Of a DNA stretch of 64,000 nucleotides, positions 45,955 through 57,304 are shown piece after piece. How positions within the stretch are numbered: position 1 is the first letter of the stretch; the number at the start of each line of letters is the position of its first letter. The position numbers were made by a program, and so were the translations under genes. Location: contig NW_005201192.1 of NCBI RefSeq assembly GCF_000372725.1, forward strand, positions 682,001-746,000, read 5' to 3'. Source of the DNA: Emiliania huxleyi CCMP1516. Its lineage: Eukaryota. A model generated the notes under the pieces. It was not told where the DNA came from, ran no database searches, and was given only the letters and a program-made list of their open reading frames with translations.

Positions 45955-46910
45955 GCGAACCAGTTTAGACCATGTTTAGACCCAGTTTAGACCACCGCTG
46001 AACATGAACCAGATTAGTCCTGTTTACGATAAACTGGGTCTAAACAGGGGTCGGCCTGGGTGGGGGGGGCTCATTAGACATACCAGGTGTAGACCCGGTT
46101 TAGGGCGCCCCTGGGCTAGCTCCGCCGCCGCGGCCGCGCTGGCTGCGGAAGCGGCAGCGTACAGCCGCCATCCTCTGCCTCGGGCCGGACAGCACACCGG
46201 GCACACTTGCACCGCGCAACAACAGCCTCGCCGGTCAGGCGCACGGTGTCGTCGGGCAGCGTGATGATCTCGTCCATGCCGTCGTCGAAGTGCATCAGCA
46301 GCCGGTCGCAAAGGTGCGCTCGCTAGTAGAAGTGGTGTTGGGTCGAGCAGTGGTACTCACTGCCCCTCACCAAATGCTTCCAGGCGCTGTTCCTGGCCTC
46401 ACTCCCGACGTACCGCGCGAAAGATGAGGGGACGCGCGGCGGCTTCTGCAAGATCTTCGACACGGTGCGAAGCTGTCGGAAGAGTCCCTCGCCGCGGCCG
46501 CATGGACCCTCGTCCCTCGAGACGGTCAAGATTGCCATGCACAACCTCGACCAGCGCGAAAAGAGGCACGGACGCTGACGCTTGCGCGTGCCGCTGAGAG
46601 CCGCGTCTCTCTCGTCACAGAGAGGGGAGCTGGGGGGGGGGGGGAGGTGCCCCCTGCGGGGGGGGGGGGCATTACACATACCAGGTTTAGACCCACAGTT
46701 TATCGTAAACAGGACTAATCTGGTTCGTGTTTAGCAGTGGTCTAAATCGGCAGCGTGCACCTCGATCCTGTACCGTGTTTGTTATGACCCCCCCCCCGAT
46801 GAACACACCAGTGAGGGAGGGCGAGACGATCGAGGGGTCCCGTACCATGCGGAATCGACCCATCCAGTGCTCAAGTGCTCAAGTGGTCTAAGTGGTCTAA
46901 ACTGGTTCGC
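45955..46910. mobile_element. TIR element with (TTTAGACC) subterminal repeats; right TIR interrupted by repeat B
   Basis: GCGAACCAGTTTAGACC / GGTCTAAACTGGTTCGC ends; imperfect IR of about 60 bp at 45985-46045 vs 46685-46746. Confidence 0.8.
46750..46861 (-). repeat. Dispersed repeat B, inverted copy
   Basis: Reverse complement of 11981-12102. Confidence 0.85.
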
Positions 46911-47214
46911 TTCGCCCCCTCCTGGCGAGAACGACACGTGTCCGTGGGCGTGTTCCGTCGGCAGCCCTCAGCCCGTGCACGCGTCCTGTCAGTCATCTCA
47001 TGAGCTGCTGCCAGCGCGACATCGACACGGACTCAGAGACCGAGGCCGACCTCGCCGTCCCGATCGATCAGCAGCGCAAGGACGCGAGCGGGCGGCGGGC
47101 ACTCATGTGCTACCATCTGTGTTGCTTGCCTTGGGAGGCTACCGGGCTAACTTTGTCCGTGCGTGCCCATTCTGGGCAAAGGTCTGCCATGGGAAAAAGA
47201 AATATCAAAAAAAT

Positions 47215-47850
47215 ATGCCGGCGCGGGCTGCGGCAGAGCTTCGCGCACAGGAGGAGAGGGCGGCGCAGCTGGCTTCTGAGCAGGAGGCAGTGAGGCGGGC
47301 GGAGCGCGAGGCGGCAGAGCTAGCGGATGCGGCAGAGCAGGCGGCGCTGCGCGAGGATGCGGAGCTGGCAGAGGCGCTGCGCCGGTCAGAGGTGGATGCG
47401 GAGGAGGCACTGGTGCGTCGGGTGTCGCGGTGCGAGGAGGCGGTGAGCAGCGAGTCGACCGGCGGCGGCGGGGACTTGGTGCGGCGTGTCGAGCGGCTGG
47501 AGGCGAGCCTCGGCGCGGCGACCGAGGGCAGCCTCGAGGAGCGGGTCGGCGCCATCGAGCGCTTGATCGGGCCAGAGGCGGGAGAGGCGGCGGAGCAGCA
47601 TCTGCCGGTCACCGAGCCGCTTGCTGCCGTCTCACTCGCGGACGCCGGCCTCGACACGGGGCGGCCGGCTGCCCCCGAGTCCACGATGGGGGGAGAGACC
47701 ACGTGTATCGTGTGTTTCGCGAGAGTCAAGTCGCATGCTGCGGTTCCGTGCGGGCACCTGTGTGCTTGTGGGCCGTGCTCGGAGCTGATGCGAGAGTGCC
47801 CTTACTGCCGCGAGCCAGTGATGATGTGGATGGTTCCGCGTCCGGTCTAG
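47215..47850 (+). CDS. C3HC4 RING (IAP/MGRN-type) protein with UIM-like motif; possible upstream exon from 47000
   Basis: EDAELAEALRRS; CIVCF...VPCGHLCACGPC....ECPYCR. Confidence 0.8.
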   Translation: MPARAAAELRAQEERAAQLASEQEAVRRAEREAAELADAAEQAALREDAELAEALRRSEVDAEEALVRRVSRCEEAVSSESTGGGGDLVRRVERLEASLGAATEGSLEERVGAIERLIGPEAGEAAEQHLPVTEPLAAVSLADAGLDTGRPAAPESTMGGETTCIVCFARVKSHAAVPCGHLCACGPCSELMRECPYCREPVMMWMVPRPV

Positions 47851-48906
47851 ATAGATGGCTGGTAACAAGGTCTCCATCGAGCCCGAGATCAAATAAATAC
47901 GCCGCGCGAGCTGGAAAGGCGAGGCGAGGCTGTCGTGGGCAGTGAAACCAGAAAAGGCGGAGTGCATCCTCTCCTTGTTCGCCGCATACAAACGGTTGAA
48001 TAGCCACATGCGCGTCCTCCGACAGGTCCTCTCGCTCATCAGCGTGGCCGTCCTGCTGCACCAGCAGCCCTTCATGGTCAGGCCGCGCAGGGAAAAACTT
48101 GTGCCGCTGACGCTGGCGATCGGCGCCGCCGTTCGCTGGGCTGGCCCGATTGTCGAAAGCTCGGCCATCAACGTCACGGCTCGGTCGCTACTGACGCCGC
48201 TCGAGTACGTGAGCTCAAAGCCCCCGAGGCGCACGCTGAGCTCGGCGTATGCAAAGACCGCGCGAAAATTTGATCGGCTTCTGGACACTAACTCCACCGT
48301 CCAGCAGCTCGCGGGACGGCCCTCGCCCAACCTGCCACTGATCGGCGCCTCGCTGATCACCTCCGGCTCAGCCTCGGCGGTGCTCCTCCCCGGCGCTGAG
48401 GCTGCCAGACAGTAGATTGCGACATACGACGTGATCTTTGCTCCGCCTCTCTCGGTGCGCCGTCCCACCCCTCTCCTCTCCCGCCTGCCGCAGCTTGCCG
48501 TGCTGGCCGGCTGTGGTTGCCTGCTCTTCGGCTGCCCGGGGTTGGCACCTCAGCCCGAGCTCTTTGCCGTCGCGCTGCTCGCCGCCCTCGGCCTCGCCGC
48601 CCTCCGCAGCTCGAAGGCGAGGCCTCCCTTCCTCTTCGCACGATCCGCCCACACCGCTTCCTCGCAGCTAGAGTGGGCGTCCCTCACCCCTCCTCGCCAC
48701 CGCGCAGGCGGCGGACCCCAAGCCCAAGCCGAGGAGCCGGAGGAGGTCCAAGCCCGCCAGGCCGCAGGCGCCAGGCGGAGATGGGCACGGGTGCTGCCAT
48801 TGACACACCGGCCGCTTCTCGTCTAGATGTAATCTCCCAAACTGCTCATGTATCTGTGGCGTGCCGCGCGCGCGAACACGGAGTCGAAGAGCGAGCGAGG
48901 GATAAA

Positions 48907-49606
48907 AAATAAATAAAACGGACACCTCTGGTTGTCCCCAGGCGCAGTTATTGTTATGGTGTTATGGCTCTCTGGGCATAGCAGCCCATAACATGTTATG
49001 GGCTGCTATGGGAGGGCCGTCCCGGGTCCACGGTGTTATGGCGCGCCCGAGAGGCCACGCCGGACTGCTCGCCGCTGGAATTTTCGCTTCGCGCGCTGCC
49101 GCGCGCGCGCGCGCGCGAGGTAGGTTCGGCATCGATCGCCAAATATTTTCTCTTTTGCCCTCATGCAGGGAGGGAGCGTTTACTCCTCGTGCCGTGGTCC
49201 TGCGGTGTGGGCTATGTGGCGACACACCCGCGTGTATACGACACTGTGCGTGTGTGAGAAAGCGAGAGAATGAGAGCTCTGCGTGTGTGGGTCGCGCGGC
49301 GTCTGCACACACAATCTGCCTGCGGCGTGTGTGCATATTGTGTTTAAGAAACGGTATCACGGTGGTTGACACACAAACACCTGGCTCCCCACAGCTACAC
49401 CGGTCACGATTAGGAGCAGCAGGGACCCGAGGGACCATGTGGAAGACGGCTAGTGCTAGCCCCCCATCGGGAGGACGACCCCGGCTAGTCGCCGACCTGC
49501 GACCACACCCACAAGAACCCTGCGCACAAAGTCAAAGATCGCAAGGGCGGGGGCCTGTTCCTTTTTACCCATCTCACAGTAGAGAGGTGTCCGTTTTTAT
49601 TTATTT
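48907..49606. mobile_element. MITE with TIRs of about 23 bp
   Basis: AAATAAATAAAACGGACACCTCT ... AGAGGTGTCCGTTTTTATTTATTT; internal TGTTATGG repeats. Confidence 0.7.
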
Positions 49607-49750
49607 ATTTACACCGGTCACCGCGCGAGCCGAGCGCGGAGCGCGAGCGGCGTCCGGCTGGAGGAGAACACACCGCTCTCTCTGTACGCTCAATGTTGAT
49701 GTGTGCTCTTGCTCTCGACGGAGAGAACGTACACTGCCAAACGTAAGAGC

Positions 49751-50656
49751 TCACGCCAGGAAGCCGTACGCGCCCGACTCCGCGTATGGGTGGCCCCGCA
49801 TCTGGGCGTCGCGCAAGGCGGCCGCCGTCGCGTCGGCCACCGCCTCGAGCAGCGCCGCGCAGAGCAGCCGGGCGGTTTGCAGCATGTCCGCCGCCAGCGC
49901 CAGGTGGACGCCGCAGCCCCCGCCGCCGCGCACCGCACACACCTCGCCGGCGGCGTTGAGCCCGAGCGAGAGGGCGCTGCCCGCGGCGCGCCGCTCTGCG
50001 GCCGAGCAGTCGGCGACCAGGTGAGGTCCGAGGTTGGAGACGGTGAGGAAGAGGGGCACGCCGCTCGCGTCGAAGGGGAGGGACTCGTCGAGCGACTCGT
50101 CCAGGTCGAGGTCGAGCGGCGCGCCGCCGGAGGGCGGCGGCCCGCCCTCGCCGCCCCCGACCGCCGTCATCCGAGGCACCCGCGTGCTCTGCAGCGCGGC
50201 GCGCACGCCGAGGGCGAGCGCGTCCAGCGGGCAGCCGTCGCACGAGATCAGCTGCGCGTGCACGCGCAGCTCCCAGCACTGCGCGCCGCGGCTAATGCAC
50301 AGCGGCCGCAGCGCCGGGCCGAGAGCCTTGTGCGAGTAGAGCGGCGCGAGCGCCGCCTCGAGGAAGGTGACGGCGTCGGTGCCGCCGTAGTCGGGCAGCG
50401 CCAAGTTGCCCGCGGCGCCGACGCTCACGCTGATCCTCCCCGCGTCCGGCGCGTCGGATTCCGGCTCCGACAGCTCTGCGACGACGCCGACAATCGCCTC
50501 GGTGTTTCCGAGCGTCACGCGCGCCGAGCCGCACGTGTGCGCAAAGATCGAGCACTCGATCGCGAGGTGCCGCAGGTCGAGCCGCGCCCGACCGTCCTCC
50601 CGCATGCCCTGCGCGACGCCCTCGAGCGTGTAGGCGAGCTCCGCGGTAGAGGACAT
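49751..50656 (-). CDS. RRP42: Exosome complex component RRP42 (RNase PH fold)
   Basis: AELAYTLEGVAQGMREDGR, GSARVTLGNTEAIVGV, LCISRGAQCWEL, DGCPLDA..VRAAL..TRVP. Confidence 0.9.
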   Translation of the reverse strand: MSSTAELAYTLEGVAQGMREDGRARLDLRHLAIECSIFAHTCGSARVTLGNTEAIVGVVAELSEPESDAPDAGRISVSVGAAGNLALPDYGGTDAVTFLEAALAPLYSHKALGPALRPLCISRGAQCWELRVHAQLISCDGCPLDALALGVRAALQSTRVPRMTAVGGGEGGPPPSGGAPLDLDLDESLDESLPFDASGVPLFLTVSNLGPHLVADCSAAERRAAGSALSLGLNAAGEVCAVRGGGGCGVHLALAADMLQTARLLCAALLEAVADATAAALRDAQMRGHPYAESGAYGFLA

Positions 50657-50828
50657 ACACACACACACACGTGATACACTTTGGGGTGCTGGCGCGAGGC
50701 GGATGTCGTCACGGGGTTTTCTTCTTTTCACGTTATCATCTGTCTCGCGTCCACCCATACCGCGTTGGTGTCCAGTCCGAGCCTGGCTGTTCTTCACCTT
50801 TCTACCTACCTACCTAGGGGAGGTTCGG

Positions 50829-52627
50829 GGTTGAGGGTTGAGCCCCCCCCTCATGCCTCAACCATCTGGTTGACGGTTGAGACCCCCCGTCAACCCTTTA
50901 GTTGGGGTTTGAGGCCTCCGGGGCCTATTCACAGGCTCGCGCGTGATCACAAGATAAATTGGAACTTGGCCTTTATACGCTTTTCTTCATATTCTATATT
51001 CTTTTTCGAAGCGATTTTCAGCGGGTGGAATATAAAGAATATTCGAGAATATAGGCCCTATTTGGAGCCGTATTCTTGCCATATTCGAGAATATAGACCC
51101 TATTTTGGACAAGAATACGGAAAGAATACGCAAAAAGAATATAGATAGTACTCGGCGAGAAAAGCGTATAAAGGCCAAATTGGAACAGCCCTGCCGCCAA
51201 AAAATCGCTTCGCCTGCGCGGCGCGCTCTTGGTCTTGCGCTCCTCGTACCTCGAGCGCAATCCATAAGTAGGAGACGCTCACTGTCGCCATTCAGGCGTC
51301 TGATCTTTCAGCAAAGCGATGGCCTACCTGGTACGAGTTCAGATGCGCGCCCGGCAGAAGACGCGTGTGATGCCGCATGCATGCAGTGGAATGCGCACAG
51401 AGAACGGACGGCAAGAGAAGGCAAGGGAAGGAAGAGAAGCGGCTGGTGAAGCTCAGCTCATGGCGTAGTATTGCGTTAGCAACCGCGGTCACTAACCATC
51501 CACGGCAAGAGTCACGGTGAATATGCTGCCGCATAAAAGCAACAGAGTCGCGGTTGGCGCGATGGTCTTGTCGCGGTTAACGACTTGACGTTGCACACGG
51601 CCATAGACGCAGGATCTGTTTGGCGAGCCTCAAGCAGCGAAAGCAGGCGCGAGAAATTAATGTCAATCCTGAGATCTCAATTTTGGCGCTAGTTTCGATT
51701 CCTGGTACATCACGACGACTTGCTTGGGTCTCATGTAGCTCGACGGCTCTTCGACGGCTCTTTCTGGTTGGATCAGACAGTGCTATCACTCAACAACACA
51801 TACCGAGAGCAGTGACCAGTGTGCGGCCTTTCTTGCAGGGCGGCCTTGGAGGCAACTTAAGTTCCTGCTGCATTTTGCCACTCAACTAACAACTTGATGG
51901 CGGGCGGACGTGTCGAGCATGAGATGGAAGACGGCCATTGCTCAAACCTATTCGAGTTGGCCTCCGGGAACAAGGGTGCGTGGCCGGCGCGGTCTGTTTC
52001 ACGTGCAATAAGGGCAAACGCCATCAAAATCGCGAACATGGGCCGACATGCCTCCGACATTTCTCAGGGCTCGGACGGAAGCTCTGCAGACAGCCAGACC
52101 GCTCTGCGGACTGCGCGGTCGCCGGTCGGACCGACTTTTTCAGACTTTACTATTCTGGATACTGAGGGTTTGTGCTGCTAGATCTCACTGAGCTGAGCTC
52201 GTATCTGCCTTTGGTAAGCAGTTTTGAGTTCGGTAATGTCTCCGGAGACGGACGGCCGCGTCCGCGGACGACCATGACGTCGGCCGGGACCCCCCGCGCC
52301 GTGCGGGGGCCCGCCTTCGATGGCTGTCAGCGCTCCTCCGGGCTTTGCATCACACACACCTGTCACCTCCCATTCAGAGAGAGAGAGAGAGCACGTAGCT
52401 GAAGCAAGTTCTCGTAAAAACGGCGCGTCAAATGCAGCATCCAGGCGTCTAAAGAAGACGGACGTGATCAGAGAATGTGTGTTCAGACCTTTGCGCGGGG
52501 GGTGTGAAGCTGTGAACAGCCATTCCGCGTGGTTGAGGGGTTGAAGGGGTCCGTCAACCAAGTTTGGTTGAGGGTTGAGGCCTCTGTCAACCACGGTGGT
52601 TGACAGTTGAGGCAATCGGCCTCAACC
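50829..52627. mobile_element. Probable decayed element bounded by GGTTGA/TCAACC repeat clusters
   Basis: Clusters of GGTTGAGG and CCTCAACC at 50829-50915 and 52531-52627; lower-GC interior with no clear ORF. Confidence 0.5.
50966..51178. mobile_element. MITE, 21-bp TIRs, 8-bp TSD (hAT-like)
   Basis: TTGGCCTTTATACGCTTTTCT ... AGAAAAGCGTATAAAGGCCAA; ATTGGAAC at 50958-50965 and 51179-51186; internal GAATA/TATTC repeats. Confidence 0.92.
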
Positions 52628-52739
52628 GCGGCTCACTAATTCTTTTCGGGAAAAGAGAAACTTTCTCCCTGCAGGCTTCGAGGACGTATAGGGTGGAGCG
52701 ACGGTGTCCGCCGCGTACGAGAGCACAGCCCGACACGCG

Positions 52740-55020
52740 ATGTCGACGAGATTACTCCAGCTGCTGCTCTCGCTCTGCTGCGCCGCCGCGTCGCTCGTCG
52801 GCGGCGCGCGGCGGGTGCCCGCCTGCAGGGCCTCCTCTGCAGCCGCTCAGCGCGCCGCCACCGCGGTTTCGACGGCCACCGCGCCGCCGCGCCGCACGGA
52901 GGGTGCGGGCATGCCGGAGCTTCCCAAAAACGAGGAGGGCGGCTTCGTGTTTGGCGCGGACGCGCTGCAGGATGTGGTCGACGCCTTCGGCGACGGCCGC
53001 TTCGTCCTCATGTCCGAGGACGACGACGACGCAACCGAGGTCAGCCTGATGATGTCTGCGCAGCACGTGCGGAGCGAGCACATCGACTTCGCGCTGCAGT
53101 ACGCGCGGAGCCTGCAGGTGGGCCTCGCGCCGCAGCTCTACGACCAGGTCGCCGGCGGCCTCGACCAGATCGTCCTCGACAACTTCAACCTCTCGCGCCC
53201 CGCGCTCTCCGTCTCTGCGGCGGGCGGAGGGCGGGACCCGCGGAACAGGCGAGTCGAGGGGGTGGGGGAGGGCCTGCCCGGCGCCGCGGCCCCTCAGCCA
53301 CCCGCCCCCCGCCACCCGCCCGCCTCCTCCCGACCCCGGCGCGCGCGTGCGGCGCGCGCGCCCTCACGCCCCCGCCCCCCCTCGCGGATGCAGCGACGAC
53401 GTGGCGGAGGCGGTGAGGGCGCTGGCGGCGGCGGCGAGGGCGGGAGAGGAGGAGGGGGGCGAGGGCAACAGGAGCAGCAGGGGAGACGGCGGCGCCTCGC
53501 ACCAGTACCTCTCCTGCTCCGGCGCCATCCCCATCCAGCGCGGGAGAGAGGGAGGCGTCCTCCGCCGGGCGGGAGGCACCGAGGCGCGCCACGCCCTGCC
53601 GCCGCTGCCGCCGCTGCCGCCGCTGCTACGCTCTGCCGCCGCTGCCACGCCCTGCCACGCCCTCGTCGCCGCCCCCCCTTCGGCCCTCCCCCTCCCCCGC
53701 CCGACCCCCTCCCCGCCCTCCCTCCCCTCCCCGCCTCCCCGCCCGCAGGCCGTAGTCGAGCTCGCCCGCCTCGCCGGCCTCCCTCCCCTCGGCCTGCACG
53801 CCACGATGCGCGTGTCGGGCCTCGCCGCGCTCCGCGAGGCGACGGCGCGGTGGGGGCTGCCGCACGCGTCCACCGCCGACCTCGTCGCGCGGCAGCGCCA
53901 GCAGCAGAAGCTCGTAGAGCGGTGCGGACCGCCCGTCACCATGCCAACCAGGCACGGCGAGTTCATCGCGCACACGTACCGGTCGCTCGTCGACGGCGCA
54001 GCAGCACCGCCGCAGCGGTTCGCGGGGATGCGAGCCCCCCCTCACGCGGCTCGCTGTGCGTAGGCCAAGAGCACATCGCCCTCGTCAAGAACCGACCCGT
54101 CTTCCGCACCGTCGGCAGCTCCGGCGGCGGGGCCGGCATCGCCCCCACCGACCTGCGGCCCTTCTCGTCGCAGCCTGCGGGCGCGACGGCGCCGCTGGTG
54201 CGCGTGCACTCGGAGTGCTGCACGGGGGACGTGTTTGGGTCTCTGCGTTGCGATTGCGGGCCGCAGCTCGAGAAGGCGCTGCAGGCGATCGAGCTCGACG
54301 GCTGTGGTGTCTTGCTGTACCTGCGGGGGCAGGAGGGGCGCGGCATCGGCCTCGGGGCAAAGATGTGAGAGAGGAGCCGAGAGGGAGACGAGAGGCAGAC
54401 GGGAGGGAGACGAGAGGGAGACGAGAGGCAGACGGGAGGCAGACGGGAGGCAGACGGGAGGCAGACGGGAGGCAGACGGGAGGCAGACGGGAGGCAGACG
54501 AGACATCTCCTCTGTGAGACACGTCCTTGTGCCTCCCGGTCGCAGGCACGCGTATGCGCTGCAGGAGCAGGGCGTGGACACGCTCGACGCAAACTTGCAG
54601 CTCGGTTTGCCCGCCGACTCGCGCGAGTACGGCACCGGCGCGCAGATCCTGGCCGACCTCGGCATCCGGGACATGCGCCTCATGTCAAACAACCCGAAGA
54701 AGTTCTCGGGGCTCGCGGGGTGAGCCGAGAGGACCCGCGAGGACCCGCGAGGACCTGAGAGGATCCGCGAGGACCCGCGAGGACCCGCGAGGACCTGAGA
54801 GGACTCGAGAGATCGTTTGGGCCCAGCGTGGCGGCGCCCCCTCACGCCGCGCCGCCGCGAGCGCAGGTTCGGGCTGCGCATCGTCGAGCGAGTGCCGTCG
54901 CACGTCGCGCCCAACCCAAACAACATCAAATACCTCCGGACCAAGGAGGAGCGGATGGGCCACCTGTTAGACCTCGCCGACAAGATCGATCCGGGAGGCG
55001 TGGGCGGCGACGCCATTTAG
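52740..55020 (+). CDS. ribA: GTP cyclohydrolase II with degenerate DHBP-synthase N-domain (RibBA-type), signal/transit peptide, about 6 exons
   Basis: [71 protein letters not shown]. Confidence 0.93.
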
Positions 55021-55626
55021 CCCTCACGTGCGGCACCGCGCTTTAACTCGCGCTGACGGCTGTATTTTACTCAGACCCCCCCGCTGCACTGGCGGTGTGC
55101 ACTCAGCGGACACCGCGGGCGGGCGCTCGAGGTCAACTAGGACGCGCGGACGCGACCAGCCATTCAGCCATGCTCAGTGGAGACCTCTCTTCTAAGCTCT
55201 CTAAACTCTACAACTTACTACAAGTACAACCAGCTGTTTTCGTAACGTTGGGAGCTGTCGCACTGAACAGACAACTGACAACTAACTCAGTGTTGCTGTG
55301 TTTTAACAGTAACAACAGAACAACAGTGGGGCTCCCCAACTACAGTAGGAGTAGCTAACCGATTAGGCCGGCTGAACAACAATAAGGAAGGCCTGGCAGT
55401 GTCCAGTGACCCACGACGATCTCCAGCGTCCAGTGCGGGTAAAACCCGAAAATATTTTCGGGTTTTACCCGTTCCTTTTGCCGTTTTCTGCTTGCTGGCC
55501 GCTGAACAACAGTAAACAACAATAACAAACAGTAACAGCATGGGCTGGGGTGAACACTTGAACAACGTTGAGGATTTCAGCCAACACTAGCGCAACTGTT
55601 AGGCCCAAAGTTAATGTTAAACAGCT

Positions 55627-55960
55627 CTAACAACCACACGCACGCTGCCTGCTCTGGGACGGCGCGCCACCGCTCGTCGTCCAGCATGTGCCACCACCGC
55701 CGACCCGAGTAGCCGTCGTACTCGACCTCGTGCACGATCCGTCCGTCCCCGTCCTCCTCCCGCGCCATGACGGTCGCAGGGTACCACCGCTCACTGTCGC
55801 AGAAGATCTCGAGGCGCGATCCGGTGGACAGGACAGAGTAGCCGTCGAGCGCCGCCCTGGCATCCTCGCGCTTTCGCTTCCGCAGCTTCGCCTTCGTCGG
55901 CTCGCTGGTGGAGCGGCGTGAGAGAACGTCGATGAACGTAGGGGCAGGACCGGTCCCGAA
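55627..55960 (-). pseudogene. Isolated Tudor/chromo-barrel-like coding fragment
   Basis: GSRLEIFCDSERWYPATV...HEVEYDG...WHMLDDERWR, lying between repeat elements. Confidence 0.45.
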
Positions 55961-56008
55961 TAAACTGTCTGTCTGTCTGTCTGCCCACTCCACATTTAAT
56001 TAAAGCTG

Positions 56009-56343
56009 TGGAGTCTGTACCCGATTTTTCGGCAGCCCACTTTTCTGCAGCTCCCCAACTCGTGGAGAAAGGCGGGTCTGTACCCAATTTTTCTGCAGAT
56101 TTTTCTCTAGGCAAAACTTTCTCTCCCCAGTTTTCTGCAGCCTCCCAAGATTTGCCTAGCGAACCATTGGCGCTTTTCCCCCCAGTTTTCTGCAGCCCCC
56201 AGTTTTCTGCAGGCGAAAAGTCGAGATCTGCAGAAAAGTTTTGTCGCGAGTGCAGACCCGCTGTGCGGAAAAAATGAAAGGGGCGTTTGCAAGAGGGGAG
56301 CTGCAGAAAAGTGGGGCTGCCGAAAAATCGGGTACAGACTCCA
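56009..56343. mobile_element. MITE with TIRs of about 48 bp and TTTTCTGCAG repeats
   Basis: TGGAGTCTGTACCCGATTTTTCGGCAGCCC-ACTTTTCTGCAGCTCCCC and its reverse complement at 56295-56343. Confidence 0.88.
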
Positions 56344-56443
56344 GCTTAAGCGTCGCAAAGTCTTGCCGGCCGCCCATGAACGACCATTAATAAATAAATA
56401 AATAAAACAGACATCCCAAGCTAGGGCTGGGTCGAGGACATGA

Positions 56444-57304
56444 ATGAACGACCATTATAATGCACCAAAAGTTGTTGTTGTTGTTGTTATAATGCACCAC
56501 GAGGAGCATGGTCGCAAGCCTCGCAGGCAGGCGCCGCCGTGTAGACAGACCGCGGTGGTTCCAAAGCGGCATTGGAGCAAGCTCTTTCGCGTGATGTTCC
56601 ATGTCGGTCTCGAGCACACCGGCCATCACCTCTGGGGAGCGGTGCGGCAGCTCGCGTGCGATTTTGCAAAGTGGCATACAAGTAATGTGTCGGGTCCGCA
56701 CTTTCCACTAAACATCCCTTGGAACGTGTCGTGCGCATCACCTGCGCAGCAGCAGGCGATGCTCAGCCAGCTGCAGAGCTTTGTCACAGCACTCAGCACT
56801 GCGACATCGTTCCAGTTAGCGTGCCCTGCTGGCTGCTCCTACCCGTGCGGGCCGCTCAGCGAGTATGGCAATCCTGACGTCGTCGCGTTGGCGAATGCCA
56901 GCACCGCGATCGGGCTCGACCTGCGCATCGTGGTGACCACCCGCGCTACCGAGTATGTGGTCTACGAGTTCAGCGACGCTCGGCTTGACTGGCTTACCAG
57001 CGCATGCGCGCGGATGGTAGCGCAGCTCGAGCAGCTCGACCCGGCGTTCATCATATGCATGGACTACAGCGCAGACTTTCGCCGCAACGACTCTCTCGCG
57101 CGCGTATCCCACTTCCTGAGACGAGACATCAGCAATGCGGTGCGGTCGACTTTCCGGACGAGCACCAAGCACTCGAGCACGGCCCACGCACAGCCTGAGG
57201 CCTCCTCTTCATCGGTACGGGCCAAGTTTCGCCAGCTTCAGGCATGCACTCAGCACGTTGCGGATTTGTGTACGCGTCACACGAGAGTCGCAGGAGACGC
57301 ATGA
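56444..57304 (+). CDS. Hypothetical sulfotransferase-like (P-loop fold) protein
   Basis: 286-aa ORF; FHVGLEHTGHHLW, SYPCG, PDVVAL, DLRIVVTTR; start uncertain. Confidence 0.5.
   Translation: MNDHYNAPKVVVVVVIMHHEEHGRKPRRQAPPCRQTAVVPKRHWSKLFRVMFHVGLEHTGHHLWGAVRQLACDFAKWHTSNVSGPHFPLNIPWNVSCASPAQQQAMLSQLQSFVTALSTATSFQLACPAGCSYPCGPLSEYGNPDVVALANASTAIGLDLRIVVTTRATEYVVYEFSDARLDWLTSACARMVAQLEQLDPAFIICMDYSADFRRNDSLARVSHFLRRDISNAVRSTFRTSTKHSSTAHAQPEASSSSVRAKFRQLQACTQHVADLCTRHTRVAGDA

Noticed and set aside
47632..48800. Possible spliced minus-strand gene
   Set aside because: No recognisable motif, and it overlaps the RING gene end; exon structure could not be supported
55190..55635. AACA-rich tract with weak CAGTGTTG/CAACACTAG ends
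   Set aside because: Inverted match too short and no TSD found
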